Part shown: one piece after another, positions 37,838-47,792 of the stretch
Position numbering within the stretch: position 1 is the first letter of the stretch
How the letters are laid out: every line of letters begins with the position of its first letter
Source of the DNA: Candidatus Uhrbacteria bacterium
Lineage (GTDB): Bacteria > Patescibacteriota > Patescibacteriia > UBA9934
Direction of reading: 5' to 3'
Assembly: GCA_943359345.1 (NCBI GenBank)
Contig: CALRHE010000004.1
Coordinates: 1 to 59,600, forward strand
DNA: 59,600 nucleotides
Notes under the pieces: model-generated
What the model was told of the DNA's origin: nothing
Database searches by the model: none
What the model saw: only the letters and a program-made list of their open reading frames with translations
Translations under genes and position numbers: made by a program

Positions 37838-38818
37838 TTAGCTTTTTCTAATCAGCATGTACTTAGCATCAAACACGCAAAAAATTAAGAACCCGAACAC
37901 CACCGGGAATAGCAGAATTGCAACTCTGATAATGATCACCAAGGCTAGTGCCAAGGACAGATTGATGCCAAGTAAATGAAGAACACCACTCATGCCACCC
38001 TCTGTAACCCCTAGGCCTCCGGGAATAATCGTAAATACTCCCTGTAATAAAGCGCCGCTGGCATATACGAGTGTCGCCTGGAAAAAGTTTATAGACACAT
38101 CAAAGGTGTGAGCAGCGATCAACACCAGTACCCCGCCCATTAACTGAGCCAAGACAGACAGCCCTACAGCCCCAAGTACGTGCCTATCAAATCCGCCCTG
38201 CTCAAGTAGGGCAAAATTATGCCTAACATGTTCATGACCATTTTTGATACGATCAAAATGTTTATCGACAAACGGTAGGTTGGCCAGAATATCAAGTAAG
38301 TAATCAAAGGCTTGTCTGTGCAACACAATCCAGATCAACACACACAGCACGCCAACAGCCACGAAGGCAGGAATAAATAATTCTGGATAGAATAAACTGG
38401 CCACGAGCACAATCACGGCCGCAGCCGCAATTTCATAAACCGCCTGACCAAGCACCGGACCGGCAACTTTTCCAAGCGTGGCGCCAGTGGCTTGTTTTAA
38501 TAAAGCTCCGCGAATCGCCTCGCCAGCTGGTATTAGGGTAGCTGCCTGACTGGCCAAGAATAAACGTAACGTTCTCCAAAAACTAATCTCTATACCTACG
38601 TGACGAACCAAAATATGAAAACGCGCCCCCTTTAGAACACTCACCAAGAATGAGGCTATGAGCAAAATTGATAACGCACCTAATGGAAATCTAGCTATAG
38701 CTTGCAGGACGTCATCAAGATCAAAGGTTTGCGCCATGATCAGAAGCGCGATAGCTAATAATATCAAGCCTAAAAAAACCCTTAGGAGTGTAGATTTACC
38801 CGCCCGTGACCACAACAT
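37838..38818 (-). CDS. Lysylphosphatidylglycerol synthase TM / flippase-like (UPF0104) membrane protein
   Basis: LKGARFHIL, GEAIRG, IPGGLGVTEG, IIIR. Confidence 0.82.
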   Translation of the reverse strand: MLWSRAGKSTLLRVFLGLILLAIALLIMAQTFDLDDVLQAIARFPLGALSILLIASFLVSVLKGARFHILVRHVGIEISFWRTLRLFLASQAATLIPAGEAIRGALLKQATGATLGKVAGPVLGQAVYEIAAAAVIVLVASLFYPELFIPAFVAVGVLCVLIWIVLHRQAFDYLLDILANLPFVDKHFDRIKNGHEHVRHNFALLEQGGFDRHVLGAVGLSVLAQLMGGVLVLIAAHTFDVSINFFQATLVYASGALLQGVFTIIPGGLGVTEGGMSGVLHLLGINLSLALALVIIIRVAILLFPVVFGFLIFCVFDAKYMLIRKS

Positions 38819-38848
38819 AAGTGCGGATAATATACCCTAAACTTGGTT

Positions 38849-39529
38849 TTATTCAAGCCGATGTAAATCCACACCACTAAACTCTGCCTCAAGGTTTAGC
38901 CGATCTTCAGAAATCATCAACTGCGTGAGCTGGGTGCCTGGTGTCGCCACCAAGTAGTCATTCACTAGCTGACTGAGCTCACTTTCAAGATTATCCAAGC
39001 TCTGGTCGCTGACCTTTAAGCCTCCCAAGGAGACTTGATCAATGTCAATAAAAATTACATCAGCCTTGCCCACAATCTCCGCTTCTAGATAAATAGCCGA
39101 CTGCGCTGGCAGGTATTCAATCATCGAAGAGATCAAAACGCTACTTGTTGATTCATCACCTAGCTGACGGAGCAAATTTTCTAGACGCTCACGATCTACA
39201 AACCCAGACAGCTCCAAACCGCCATCGGCCATGAGTCTAACTTGCGTATCCTGAATCACGCAGGCTGTCTGACTGCAATCACTTAGGAGTGCCGTCAGCT
39301 CTGCGGGAGTAAAGCTGGCGTTGATAAATTGCTCCTCAATTGCTCGGTTTAACTTGTCCTGTGCCCCCTCATAATCAGCCTCAGTATATTCGACCCCCAG
39401 ATCACGTGGAGCGCCGAGTCCAATGACTCGACTAATCTCTGGGAAATAGCCCAAAGACACCATAATCAAAACTATCACTATAAACACACTCGCAAGCACG
39501 GCAACAACGATAAATAAAAGTTTTTTCAT
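38849..39529 (-). CDS. Hypothetical membrane-anchored protein
   Basis: N-terminal TM, PRDLGVEYTEADY, acidic body. Confidence 0.7.
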   Translation of the reverse strand: MKKLLFIVVAVLASVFIVIVLIMVSLGYFPEISRVIGLGAPRDLGVEYTEADYEGAQDKLNRAIEEQFINASFTPAELTALLSDCSQTACVIQDTQVRLMADGGLELSGFVDRERLENLLRQLGDESTSSVLISSMIEYLPAQSAIYLEAEIVGKADVIFIDIDQVSLGGLKVSDQSLDNLESELSQLVNDYLVATPGTQLTQLMISEDRLNLEAEFSGVDLHRLE

Positions 39530-39567
39530 AAACTATTCAATAGTATAGCAATAATCCAACCTGTCCC

Positions 39568-39596
39568 TTGCCAAGAGTAGCGTCTGAGTCTAATCT
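39568..39596 (+). promoter_or_regulatory. Putative sigma70 promoter
   Basis: TTGCCA, 17 nt, TAATCT. Confidence 0.55.
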
Positions 39597-39611
39597 GCCC
39601 CTGAGGTGAAC

Positions 39612-39899
39612 ATGGATCCCATCTTCTACTTGATTGGCTTTGTGTGGTTCTGTCTAAGCCTGGCCGTTATTTGGCACCTATGCCGACACATGCGTCCGGT
39701 CATGCATGCCGACACTGGCGTGAATATCTTTCTGGCAGTCTTGGCAATCTCGCTTGGTGGTTTCGTGACCTCCTTGCTCGTGGTCATGTGCCTGTATTTC
39801 GAAAGTATCAAACTGGCTGGAGCACTTGGTGCTTGGTCTGTGCTGGTCAGCATTAGCGCCAGCTGCTACTGCGTGAATGCACGCCGACCCAGATCATGA
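39612..39899 (+). CDS. ORFan small membrane protein (3 TM)
   Basis: GAGGTG SD, own promoter, 12-bp hairpin at the stop. Confidence 0.6.
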   Translation: MDPIFYLIGFVWFCLSLAVIWHLCRHMRPVMHADTGVNIFLAVLAISLGGFVTSLLVVMCLYFESIKLAGALGAWSVLVSISASCYCVNARRPRS

Positions 39900-39921
39900 G
39901 CAGTACTCCCTGCTCATGATC
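39892..39921. terminator. 12-bp hairpin
   Basis: gatcatgagcag tactcc ctgctcatgatc. Confidence 0.55.
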
Positions 39922-39958
39922 AACACTTAACCGAAAATATACTTTGCCTACTGAAAAC

Positions 39959-39986
39959 AAAACACCCGGCCTAAGCCGGGTGTTTT
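39959..39986 (-). terminator. Bidirectional intrinsic terminator downstream of csp
   Basis: aaaacacccggc ctaa gccgggtgtttt. Confidence 0.8.
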
Positions 39987-39996
39987 GATTGCCTGG

Positions 39997-40203
39997 TTAA
40001 CCGATGCGCTGTACGTTTACAGCGCGAGGACCCTTGTCAGACTCTTCAGTCTCAAAGGTAACCTTGTCACCTTCACGGAGATCGTCGAAGGTCATGTCGA
40101 CCAAAGACGAAACATGGAAGAAGACATCCTTAGCACCTTCACCTTCAGGGGTGATGAAACCAAAACCCTTGTCAGTCAAACGCTTGATGGAACCTGTCAT
40201 CAT
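39997..40203 (-). CDS. Cold-shock protein
   Basis: KGFGFI (RNP1), DVFFH (RNP2), KGPRAVNV. Confidence 0.96.
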   Translation of the reverse strand: MMTGSIKRLTDKGFGFITPEGEGAKDVFFHVSSLVDMTFDDLREGDKVTFETEESDKGPRAVNVQRIG

Positions 40204-40321
40204 AATGATAACTATAAATTATTACCGCAATAACGCTAGCTGCGGGAAATTTATCCATCTCCACGTAGTGCTGTTTTGCCGCAATACTATACACTAAACT
40301 CAAAAAAATGTAAAGTCTGAG

Positions 40322-40834
40322 GTGAATATGCGCCTGCCTACCCGAAAATCTGAGCTAGAACGCCTAGAGCGTCAGGTGATAGATAACTACCTAACTCCAG
40401 CAAAAATCGAGCGAATGCAGGTAGAATTGCAAGATTTGATCAAAAACCAACGCCGTCCTGCCGCTGACGAGGTGGCCCGTACGGCCCAAATGGGCGACCT
40501 CTCAGAAAACGCGGCCTACCAATTTGCCAAACAGCACCTGCGCCGGCTGAATGATCGGATCACTAATCTCGAGGAACGCCTAAAGCACGCCATTCCCATC
40601 AACCAAGGAGCCAGTGATGGCGTCATCCGGATCGGGTCTACTGTCACGTTACGCACCAACGGTAAACAGCTAATCTTTGAAATTCTAGGCTCATCAGAAA
40701 CCAACCCTTCGAGTGGACGCATCTCCTACAGCTCCCCGCTTGGGGTTGCCCTCATCGGAAAAGGCGTTGGTGATGTAGTTGTCTTAAAAACTCTGAGAGG
40801 CGAAACTAAATACGAAATTGTGTTGATCGGCTAG
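40322..40834 (+). CDS. greA: Transcription elongation factor, GreA/GreB family
   Basis: GDLSENAAY, IGSTV, ISYSSPLG.AL.GK.VGD. Confidence 0.9.
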   Translation: MNMRLPTRKSELERLERQVIDNYLTPAKIERMQVELQDLIKNQRRPAADEVARTAQMGDLSENAAYQFAKQHLRRLNDRITNLEERLKHAIPINQGASDGVIRIGSTVTLRTNGKQLIFEILGSSETNPSSGRISYSSPLGVALIGKGVGDVVVLKTLRGETKYEIVLIG

Positions 40835-40846
40835 ACAGTCAATCGA

Positions 40847-42304
40847 TTAGCGCAAATATTTGCCCAAATCAAGTTCCTGACCAAATTTAATTTGGCTTAC
40901 AAAATCCGGAACGTGACTGACCATAATCATGGCGCCGTCATATTTTTCTAAAGCCCGAGCGATGACTGGAAGGTGACGGAAATTAATGTGGTTAGTGGGC
41001 TCGTCCAAAATCAACAAGCCCGGTCTCTGTAATACAAAGCGGGCAAAACATAACAAACCTTTCTGGCCCTCAGACAATGAACCAACACGAGTGGCCAGAG
41101 CGTCGCCATTTAGCAAAAAGTGAGCACCCACAGCCCGAATGGTTTGATTATCCGGCACAGCCATCATCTCAGCCAACGAATCGTAAGCGGTCTTAGCAAA
41201 ATCCAACCCAGAGAAGTCTTGCCGGTAATAACCGACCTGTACGTCTTTGGCTATGACCGCGCCTTCATCTTTACCACCCGCGAGCGAACGTAACATGGTA
41301 CTTTTGCCAATCCCATTTGGACCAGTCACGAATAACCGCTGACCTTTACGCAAGAAGACCTTAGTGTCGACCCGAATTGGCTCGTGATCTTTAATAACCT
41401 TGACTGAGTTGATTGTGACTACATTGTCGCTCCAAGTTTGTGAGGGAATTTCAAAATCACGAATGGTGCGATCGTCACGACGCACCTCAACCATATTCTC
41501 TTCTGCATCTTCAACTTGGTCGCGGAGTTTGCTAGCGAGTTTACGCATCTTTCCGCCTTTATGCGCGAAAAAGTTAATTTTATCTTTACGATCTTGGATT
41601 TCTTTTAATAACCGGGCGTTCTTCATGCGGTCACGCTCCAAGCGAGCGTTAATCTCTTCCACTACGTCAAAATAGTTACCGTCGTATTTATCGACCTTAC
41701 CAGTATATACATCCAAATGTAGGACTCCTTCAGTAAAGGTGTTCAAAAAATCAGCATCGTGGGATATCACGAGCACAGTCTTAGGGTACATGATCAAGAA
41801 AGCTGTCAGGTGAGCGATGCCGTCGGCGTCGAGGTTGTTGGTGGGCTCGTCGAGCAACAAAATATCTGGCTCTTGAATCAAAGCGTAAGCAAGCAAGAGA
41901 CGAGCTTGCTGGCCACCAGAAAAATCCTCGATGTGTTTATCGTGCGGAGCCTTTAGATTAACGGTCTCGAGCACATCGTCGATGAGTTTAGGGAGATTGT
42001 GCTGGACCTCAGAAAAAGCGGTAGCAAAAAACTCTGCCACCGTGCGCGGCTTGTGGTCAGGGTGCATTACCTGAGTCGCAATGGCGATACGCGAGCCCTG
42101 CTTGATATGAACCTGACCACGATCAGGTTTTAAGTCACCCGTGAGCAACTTTAAGAGCGTGCTCTTACCGGCCCCGTTCTGACCCATGATGGTCAGCTTA
42201 GTATTCTCACGAATAGAAAAATCGGCCTCATCGAGGACAGGATTCTCAGCGTCATACCCAAAGGTCACGCCCTCAAATCGAATAATCACATCACTAGAGT
42301 CCAT
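40847..42304 (-). CDS. ABC-F family ATPase (tandem NBDs, no TM)
   Basis: GQNGAGKS, FSGGQQ, LDEPTNNLD; GPNGIGKS, LSEGQK, LDEPTNH. Confidence 0.92.
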   Translation of the reverse strand: MDSSDVIIRFEGVTFGYDAENPVLDEADFSIRENTKLTIMGQNGAGKSTLLKLLTGDLKPDRGQVHIKQGSRIAIATQVMHPDHKPRTVAEFFATAFSEVQHNLPKLIDDVLETVNLKAPHDKHIEDFSGGQQARLLLAYALIQEPDILLLDEPTNNLDADGIAHLTAFLIMYPKTVLVISHDADFLNTFTEGVLHLDVYTGKVDKYDGNYFDVVEEINARLERDRMKNARLLKEIQDRKDKINFFAHKGGKMRKLASKLRDQVEDAEENMVEVRRDDRTIRDFEIPSQTWSDNVVTINSVKVIKDHEPIRVDTKVFLRKGQRLFVTGPNGIGKSTMLRSLAGGKDEGAVIAKDVQVGYYRQDFSGLDFAKTAYDSLAEMMAVPDNQTIRAVGAHFLLNGDALATRVGSLSEGQKGLLCFARFVLQRPGLLILDEPTNHINFRHLPVIARALEKYDGAMIMVSHVPDFVSQIKFGQELDLGKYLR

Positions 42305-42366
42305 AACGGGCCCTAGTCTAGCTTGTATTTTGGAAAAAGTCCAGTTCCGATACCGATCGTGTCAGT

Positions 42367-44046
42367 CTATTTCAGGGGCATGAACAAACGCGCCAGTCGA
42401 ATAACATCATAGTCGTATTCGCCTTTAAAAAACTCGTGCACAGGCTTGAGGAGCTCGGTGTCCAAGACTCGGAACTTAGCCTGAATAAGTTTGATGTCAT
42501 CTTGCTTATCAACGATAAGATGGCCAAGTTTATCGAACGGCAATGCTTTCAGATCACGCAACTCTTCGAGATGTTCAAAAATCGTAAACACTGTCCGACT
42601 CCGTTCGTTAGCAGCCTGAGCGATCGTCATGCCCCCAATTATCAGTGCAAGTGTAGCCTCGTAACGTTTGTCTTTTTTCTTGGCCTTTTTAGGCTTGGCC
42701 GCGAAGCCTCCCACGTTTAACGATCCTCCTCGCGCCACAATAAACTCGTCGTGAAGACGTTTAATGTGCTCTTCCGATAATGCTAACATCGCTTCCTTCG
42801 ATTCAAGCGAGCTCAAGCGGAAACGCTCATCTTGTGCCAGCACATTCGGGTCGACCTCCAAAGCTCGTTGATTGAGCCCTTGCAAATGCAACCCCGACAG
42901 GGAGCGTAAACGAGACAGGGCCACATAGCCCTGCCCATAGGCAAAAGCACTCGAGAGGTCGATCAGCGCCGCATCGAGCGACATACCTTGGCTCTTATGA
43001 ACCGTCATGGCCCAAGCCAAACGCAAAGGTAGCTGCACAATGGCGGCCACTGACTTACCCTCAGCCTCGATTTTCCATTCAGTGGTCGAGGCTTCAATAA
43101 AACGACCTGAACGTAGTTTTACGATCGGATAACCATTTTCTTTTGAGAAACTGTTCACCTCGCCCGTAGTGCCGTTCACATAACTCCCGTCCGTACTATT
43201 TTTAGTGAACATGACGCGCGCGCCGACCTTGAGGACGAGTAACTCTGGCGATAGACAACCGCGTTTAAGTTGTTCGATAAGTGGCGGAATTCCATAAGCG
43301 TGCATCCTGTAGCTGCGGGGCTCGGCTTCCAGCTGACTGAGGGCGTGCGTGTTCATGCGGTCGACATCAACATTATGCGAAAATAATTTGGTCATGTCTC
43401 CAAAAACGTCGTCCATGAATACTACCTGACGCTCGCCCAAAATCTGCTTGTGCTCTTCGGTGACAGTCCCCCGTCGCAAAGCCGATAGCACCTCTAGAAA
43501 AATTTCATCCTCCTGCCGGTGTTGTTCTGATAAATAACAAACTTCTGGCTTCGCGGCCTGCCAAGCTTGTGACTCAAAAGCAAATTGCGGCAAAGGTTCA
43601 CCTGATCGAGACACCGGTGGCAACTGAAAAAAATCGCCCACAAAAACCACCTGCATACCACCAAACGGGAGCTGCGAGTCCTTAACGGTACGACACACGG
43701 CGTCGACCAGGTTAAGGGTCAAACCCTCAAACATCGAGATTTCATCGATAATCAAAACCTGGGTGGCTCGAATGCGTTTAGCTAAACGATCACGACCGGC
43801 GACTTCTTTAAGCTCAGCCGCGTTCATGGTCTTGTTAATGCCAATACCACTCCAAGAGTGAAGCGTCATGCCACCGATGTGGGTAGCGGCGATGCCGGTG
43901 GAGGCCGTGATGGCTGGATCGATAGCACGGGAACGCAAATAATTGACGTACTGCCGAATGGTGTACGACTTCCCTGCCCCCGGCTCGCCCGTCAAGAACA
44001 CGTTGACACCGGTTTTTAAGATCGCTAAGGCTTCAGCCTGCAGCAT
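42367..44046 (-). CDS. Pif1-family SF1B helicase with C-terminal HTH (start moved to ATG 44046)
   Basis: TGEPGAGKS, TLHSWSGIG, IIDEISM, GDFFQLPPV, LAWAMTVHKSQGMSLD, GQGYVALSR. Confidence 0.92.
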   Translation of the reverse strand: MLQAEALAILKTGVNVFLTGEPGAGKSYTIRQYVNYLRSRAIDPAITASTGIAATHIGGMTLHSWSGIGINKTMNAAELKEVAGRDRLAKRIRATQVLIIDEISMFEGLTLNLVDAVCRTVKDSQLPFGGMQVVFVGDFFQLPPVSRSGEPLPQFAFESQAWQAAKPEVCYLSEQHRQEDEIFLEVLSALRRGTVTEEHKQILGERQVVFMDDVFGDMTKLFSHNVDVDRMNTHALSQLEAEPRSYRMHAYGIPPLIEQLKRGCLSPELLVLKVGARVMFTKNSTDGSYVNGTTGEVNSFSKENGYPIVKLRSGRFIEASTTEWKIEAEGKSVAAIVQLPLRLAWAMTVHKSQGMSLDAALIDLSSAFAYGQGYVALSRLRSLSGLHLQGLNQRALEVDPNVLAQDERFRLSSLESKEAMLALSEEHIKRLHDEFIVARGGSLNVGGFAAKPKKAKKKDKRYEATLALIIGGMTIAQAANERSRTVFTIFEHLEELRDLKALPFDKLGHLIVDKQDDIKLIQAKFRVLDTELLKPVHEFFKGEYDYDVIRLARLFMPLK

Positions 44047-44089
44047 AGACACCAGAGTGTAGCCGGTGGCGTGATAATATGCGAGCCAT

Positions 44090-44365
44090 ATGTCCCGTTG
44101 GTTTGTGTATATCTTACGCTGCAAAAATGGCAGCCTCTACACCGGCATCACCAACAACCTGGAAGCCCGCGTGACTAAGCACAACGCCGGGCGAGGTGCC
44201 AAGTACACCCGAGCTTTTGGACCGACCAAACTCGTGTACTCACAGGCTATGAAATCACCGACCGCCGCCCGCAAACGCGAGGCCGAAATCAAGAGCTGGA
44301 GCAAAGCCGCGAAGGAAAAAATTATTCAACTTTATTTCGGTTACTCACCGCCACGAAGTAGCTGA
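44090..44365 (+). CDS. GIY-YIG nuclease, UPF0213/YhbQ-like
   Basis: WFVYILRC.NGSLYTGITNNL..R..KHN.G.GAKYTR, A.KREAEIK. Confidence 0.92.
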   Translation: MSRWFVYILRCKNGSLYTGITNNLEARVTKHNAGRGAKYTRAFGPTKLVYSQAMKSPTAARKREAEIKSWSKAAKEKIIQLYFGYSPPRSS

Positions 44366-44664
44366 AGGATGGTATCGAGTTTGGCATTCAGAGTCTTGTA
44401 CTGCTCAGTTGTGATGCCATTCAAAGAAGGGCGGCTGTCAGGCCTGGCATGTGGTCGGCTCTGGTAGGCCGACTTCTTCTCGTAAAAGTTTGATTTGTCG
44501 GAGCGGTCGTCGTTTTTCTCCTCGCGAATATAACAGGCGCTACAGAACACCGGCTTCTTACCGTTCGGCTTAAAAGGCACCTGGCACACATTGCCACAAC
44601 CGCTACAGGTAGCTGAATGCATGGTGTTATCGTACGGTTTCTTGCTAGATGATTTCTTAAACAT
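44341..44664 (-). CDS. CxxC-x17-CxxC domain protein
   Basis: ATCSGCGNVCQVPFKP.GKKPVFCSACY. Confidence 0.9.
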   Translation of the reverse strand: MFKKSSSKKPYDNTMHSATCSGCGNVCQVPFKPNGKKPVFCSACYIREEKNDDRSDKSNFYEKKSAYQSRPHARPDSRPSLNGITTEQYKTLNAKLDTILQLLRGGE

Positions 44665-44729
44665 AGTTGGCGGAGGTTAGCGCAAAAATAAATAAATAGC
44701 AAGTTTCAACAAAACTCACGTTATTATCG

Positions 44730-45806
44730 TTACGGAGCCACAAGTGTAAATATGACTCGGCCAAGCACCTGGCCGCGCTCATTAGCCACGGTTACACGCC
44801 ACTTACCATATTCCAACTGCGATTTCATGGTGTAACCACGATAACCTTCTGGTCGGCCGCCACGAATCTTGAAATTTAATACGCCCCGCTCCTCCCACTT
44901 ACCTGTGTCTAGATTTTTATACTCCCAGTTGTGGTAAATAGTTGTACGCACTTCAGCCGGCGCAAAAATGGATGTGTAGGCGTAGACACCCTCATCAAGG
45001 TTGGCGTGCACGATTTGCCCAGGCACAAGCCCTTGCCAAAAACTTTCGTCTTCACCTACCAAGGTAAACAGGTTACCATCACGAATAATCTGATTATAAA
45101 TCCCGGCCTCACGAATTGAAAGAGGTAAAGGTGGAATGATGTTTAGGAAGTACAAAACATTCATGAGCACGAACACGCCCATCACCACCACGTACATTAA
45201 CTTTTTTTGGCGCTCAATGTGTTCTGCTAGTTGAGCCAAACAGGTAATCAACAGCAACACGATAAACGTGCTCATGGCACCACTGATGATGAAGATCCAA
45301 CCGTTAATTGAATGCATCACAAACGGCAAGAGGATGGCAAAATATGACAGCAACAAGAATGTATACACCCCAAACAGCGTAATTGGTTTCAGGTAATACT
45401 GACGAAACAGCTCACTTGAAATCATGACACCAGTCACAAGCGCCAGCAACGGCCAGCTAACAGACAGTGATCCGCTATACCAGTAAAATAACAGGGACGA
45501 ACTCAAGAGCGCACCGAAAGTCAGTTGAATCACGTAAGGCGACAAGGCTCTTAGATAACGCAAAATTGCCCATTTACTCGGTGACCTACGCCCGTCAAAA
45601 ATATTCTGGTATATCAAAGCCAGGGCCGCCAGAATAGCGTAAGCACCCAAAAACTGCATGGTGCTCTTCATCGACATTATCTGGAAAGTGATTAGGTCAA
45701 AAATAAAACCCGCTACCAGCAATCCTGGTACCAGCAGGCGCTCATGTTTATCGTAATAAGCGCGTAATTTTTTATCTAACCGTAGACTCTCCTTAAGCAT
45801 GGGCAC
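44730..45806 (-). CDS. DUF2914-family membrane protein
   Basis: Multiple TMs; C-terminal GGRPEGYRGYT.K...GKWRV.V. Confidence 0.8.
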   Translation of the reverse strand: MPMLKESLRLDKKLRAYYDKHERLLVPGLLVAGFIFDLITFQIMSMKSTMQFLGAYAILAALALIYQNIFDGRRSPSKWAILRYLRALSPYVIQLTFGALLSSSLLFYWYSGSLSVSWPLLALVTGVMISSELFRQYYLKPITLFGVYTFLLLSYFAILLPFVMHSINGWIFIISGAMSTFIVLLLITCLAQLAEHIERQKKLMYVVVMGVFVLMNVLYFLNIIPPLPLSIREAGIYNQIIRDGNLFTLVGEDESFWQGLVPGQIVHANLDEGVYAYTSIFAPAEVRTTIYHNWEYKNLDTGKWEERGVLNFKIRGGRPEGYRGYTMKSQLEYGKWRVTVANERGQVLGRVIFTLVAP

Positions 45807-45872
45807 ATCATAACAGATTGATGATTAATGGCAGATTTGGTAACTATTAAGGCCAATAAACCCTAGGTTTAA

Positions 45873-45901
45873 TTGACAAAAAGGCACTTTTTTGCTATAC
45901 T
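45873..45901 (+). promoter_or_regulatory. Near-consensus sigma70 promoter
   Basis: TTGACA, 17 nt, (TGC)TATACT. Confidence 0.78.
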
Positions 45902-45968
45902 GATTGGTTGGCTTTGGCTCATGCCATTCCATCAAACCCCAACAATCCCACCCCCCCGAGAGGACATC

Positions 45969-46643
45969 ATGAACGTAGTTCCGACCCCAACCCGCGTCTA
46001 CCGTCGCCGTGACATCGGCGCTTCCCCCGCCGCATGCAACGAGATCCTGGTCGATTCGACCCCGATCATCGTGATCCGGCGGCGGCGCCCTGCGACGGTC
46101 AACGCCGTTCGGCCCCTGATGTCGGACGCACTGCCGTCCGCTCGGTGTGTCGAGGTGATCCCCGAGCCAGTCGCAATCCAGGTCCTGGCCAAGCCGGTAC
46201 TGGTCGTGCCGACGCAGCCCCAGACCGCGTCGTTCGACGTCCTGGCCCGCAAGTGGACTCCGGCGACCGTCCAGTACGGTCAAACCCGGTCGGTTCACAT
46301 CACGGGCCGGCCGGAGTCGGCTACCTCGAACGGTCGGCGACTCAGCAAACAGGTGCGGTTCGCCCGTAAGGCCGCCAGCCTGCAGCGTCAACTCCGTGAG
46401 CTGGCCGTGGGCCTGTCCGATCAGACCCTGGGGCTCACGAACAAGTTCAGCCTGGCCTATGGAATTCGTGAAAACCTTGGCAAAATCTGGAACCTGTGGT
46501 CGCTCGAAAGCGTGATCGCGGGACTCGAAAACTTCGCGGCCTACGAGGCGCTCCGGCAGTTCATCGCGCTCGCGCGTGCGCGACAGATGAAGTTCGACGC
46601 CGTGGAAGCAAGGGTAAGGGCGTCGCTCCAGGCCTTGGCCTGA
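45969..46643 (+). CDS. ORFan hypothetical basic protein (start moved to ATG 45969)
   Basis: GAGG SD, own promoter and terminator, GC-rich. Confidence 0.6.
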   Translation: MNVVPTPTRVYRRRDIGASPAACNEILVDSTPIIVIRRRRPATVNAVRPLMSDALPSARCVEVIPEPVAIQVLAKPVLVVPTQPQTASFDVLARKWTPATVQYGQTRSVHITGRPESATSNGRRLSKQVRFARKAASLQRQLRELAVGLSDQTLGLTNKFSLAYGIRENLGKIWNLWSLESVIAGLENFAAYEALRQFIALARARQMKFDAVEARVRASLQALA

Positions 46644-46655
46644 GCTCGTACAATC

Positions 46656-46704
46656 ACGGGTCGGATGTGTAGGCGCGATCGCCGATCACATCCGACCCGT
46701 TTTC
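46656..46704 (+). terminator. 14-bp stem terminator
   Basis: acgggtcggatgtg...cacatccgacccgt followed by ttt. Confidence 0.75.
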
Positions 46705-46720
46705 GCATCCAAAAATTTGA

Positions 46721-47209
46721 TTACTTTAGATAACTGTCGAAGCGCACAAAATGGCAGGTGTAACCGCTAGGACTCTTTTGTAGATAATCCTGATGATAAC
46801 CCTCAGCTGGATAGAAGCTCGTCAACGGCTCGAGTGTAGTAATCACCGGTTTGGACCAACGACCAGATTGGTTTACGAGATCGATAAATTTTTCAGCTTC
46901 TGCTTTGTCAGTTTCATCCCCGTAAAAAATCGCCGAACGATAGCTCGTGCCAACGTCATTGCCTTGTCGGTTGAGCGTAGTCGGGTCATGCACACGAAAA
47001 AAGAAATCTAAAAGCTCACGGTAGGAAATTCGTGACGAATCGTATTCAATTTGCAAAGCCTCGGCATGGCCGGGGTGATGTTCGTAGGTGGGATGGGCAT
47101 TGTTGCCACCGGTGTAACCGACCTCAGTCGCGATCACCCCATCGAGTTGGCGGACAAGCTCCTCCAGGCCCCAAAAACAACCACCGGCAAAGACTGCCTG
47201 TTTGGTCAT
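46721..47209 (-). CDS. msrA: Peptide-methionine (S)-S-oxide reductase
   Basis: AGGCFWG, GYTGG, HAEA, QGND.GTSYRSAIF, AE.YHQDY. Confidence 0.97.
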   Translation of the reverse strand: MTKQAVFAGGCFWGLEELVRQLDGVIATEVGYTGGNNAHPTYEHHPGHAEALQIEYDSSRISYRELLDFFFRVHDPTTLNRQGNDVGTSYRSAIFYGDETDKAEAEKFIDLVNQSGRWSKPVITTLEPLTSFYPAEGYHQDYLQKSPSGYTCHFVRFDSYLK

Positions 47210-47215
47210 AATATG

Positions 47216-47542
47216 TTACGCAGTTAAAATTTTAGGAGTAGTGATCTCAAGCTTGAACTTTTTGGTGTCGCCCATGGCAATATCAGCTCGTTTACGCACC
47301 GCGGCCTTGAGCGGCAGTAGATACGTACCCGCTTTTCGATCAGGAAAAATCGAGGTCTTCCAGGTTACTTTTCCAGAGGTCATGATAACCGGCAACGAGC
47401 CCCAACCGCGTGCCTTCTTACCGTATAACTTTTTAAGTCTGGTTGACAATGTTTTCGGCAACGACACAAAATGCCACCCGGCCATACCGGGGTACTGCCA
47501 AACTTTGGCGGAGAAGCTATGGGTCGGCACAAATTGCGACAA
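47216..47542 (-). CDS. DUF1905-family protein
   Basis: WHFVSLP, GWGSLPV, WKTSIFPD, YLLPLKAAVRK. Confidence 0.85.
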   Translation of the reverse strand: MSQFVPTHSFSAKVWQYPGMAGWHFVSLPKTLSTRLKKLYGKKARGWGSLPVIMTSGKVTWKTSIFPDRKAGTYLLPLKAAVRKRADIAMGDTKKFKLEITTPKILTA

Positions 47543-47545
47543 CGT

Positions 47546-47734
47546 TTACTCAGCTACATGAAACCTGGCCTTATTCTCGGTCATCCACCGCTCGCGATCG
47601 GCCTCGGTTTTGCTACTGTCGCTCATGACGTCTGCATGCGCTGCCATGTAGTGCGGCATGAGATTATTCATCCAGGTCTCGAAAGTCTCGCCTTCGGCCA
47701 TGGTGTCGCACAAATCGCATTTCAAAGATTTCAT
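47546..47734 (-). CDS. Small putative metal-binding protein, DUF1059-like (start moved to ATG 47734)
   Basis: MKSLKCDLCD...HY.AAH; TATAAT 10 nt upstream. Confidence 0.6.
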   Translation of the reverse strand: MKSLKCDLCDTMAEGETFETWMNNLMPHYMAAHADVMSDSSKTEADRERWMTENKARFHVAE

Positions 47735-47792
47735 AGAGTTGATATTATAGTTTATGCTAGTGTAACCTAAGGGCTTGATCTGGCAAATATAT

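Noticed and set aside
44090-44365. Second REP-associated GIY-YIG element
   Set aside because: It is UPF0213-type, tightly packed between genes, with no flanking palindromes
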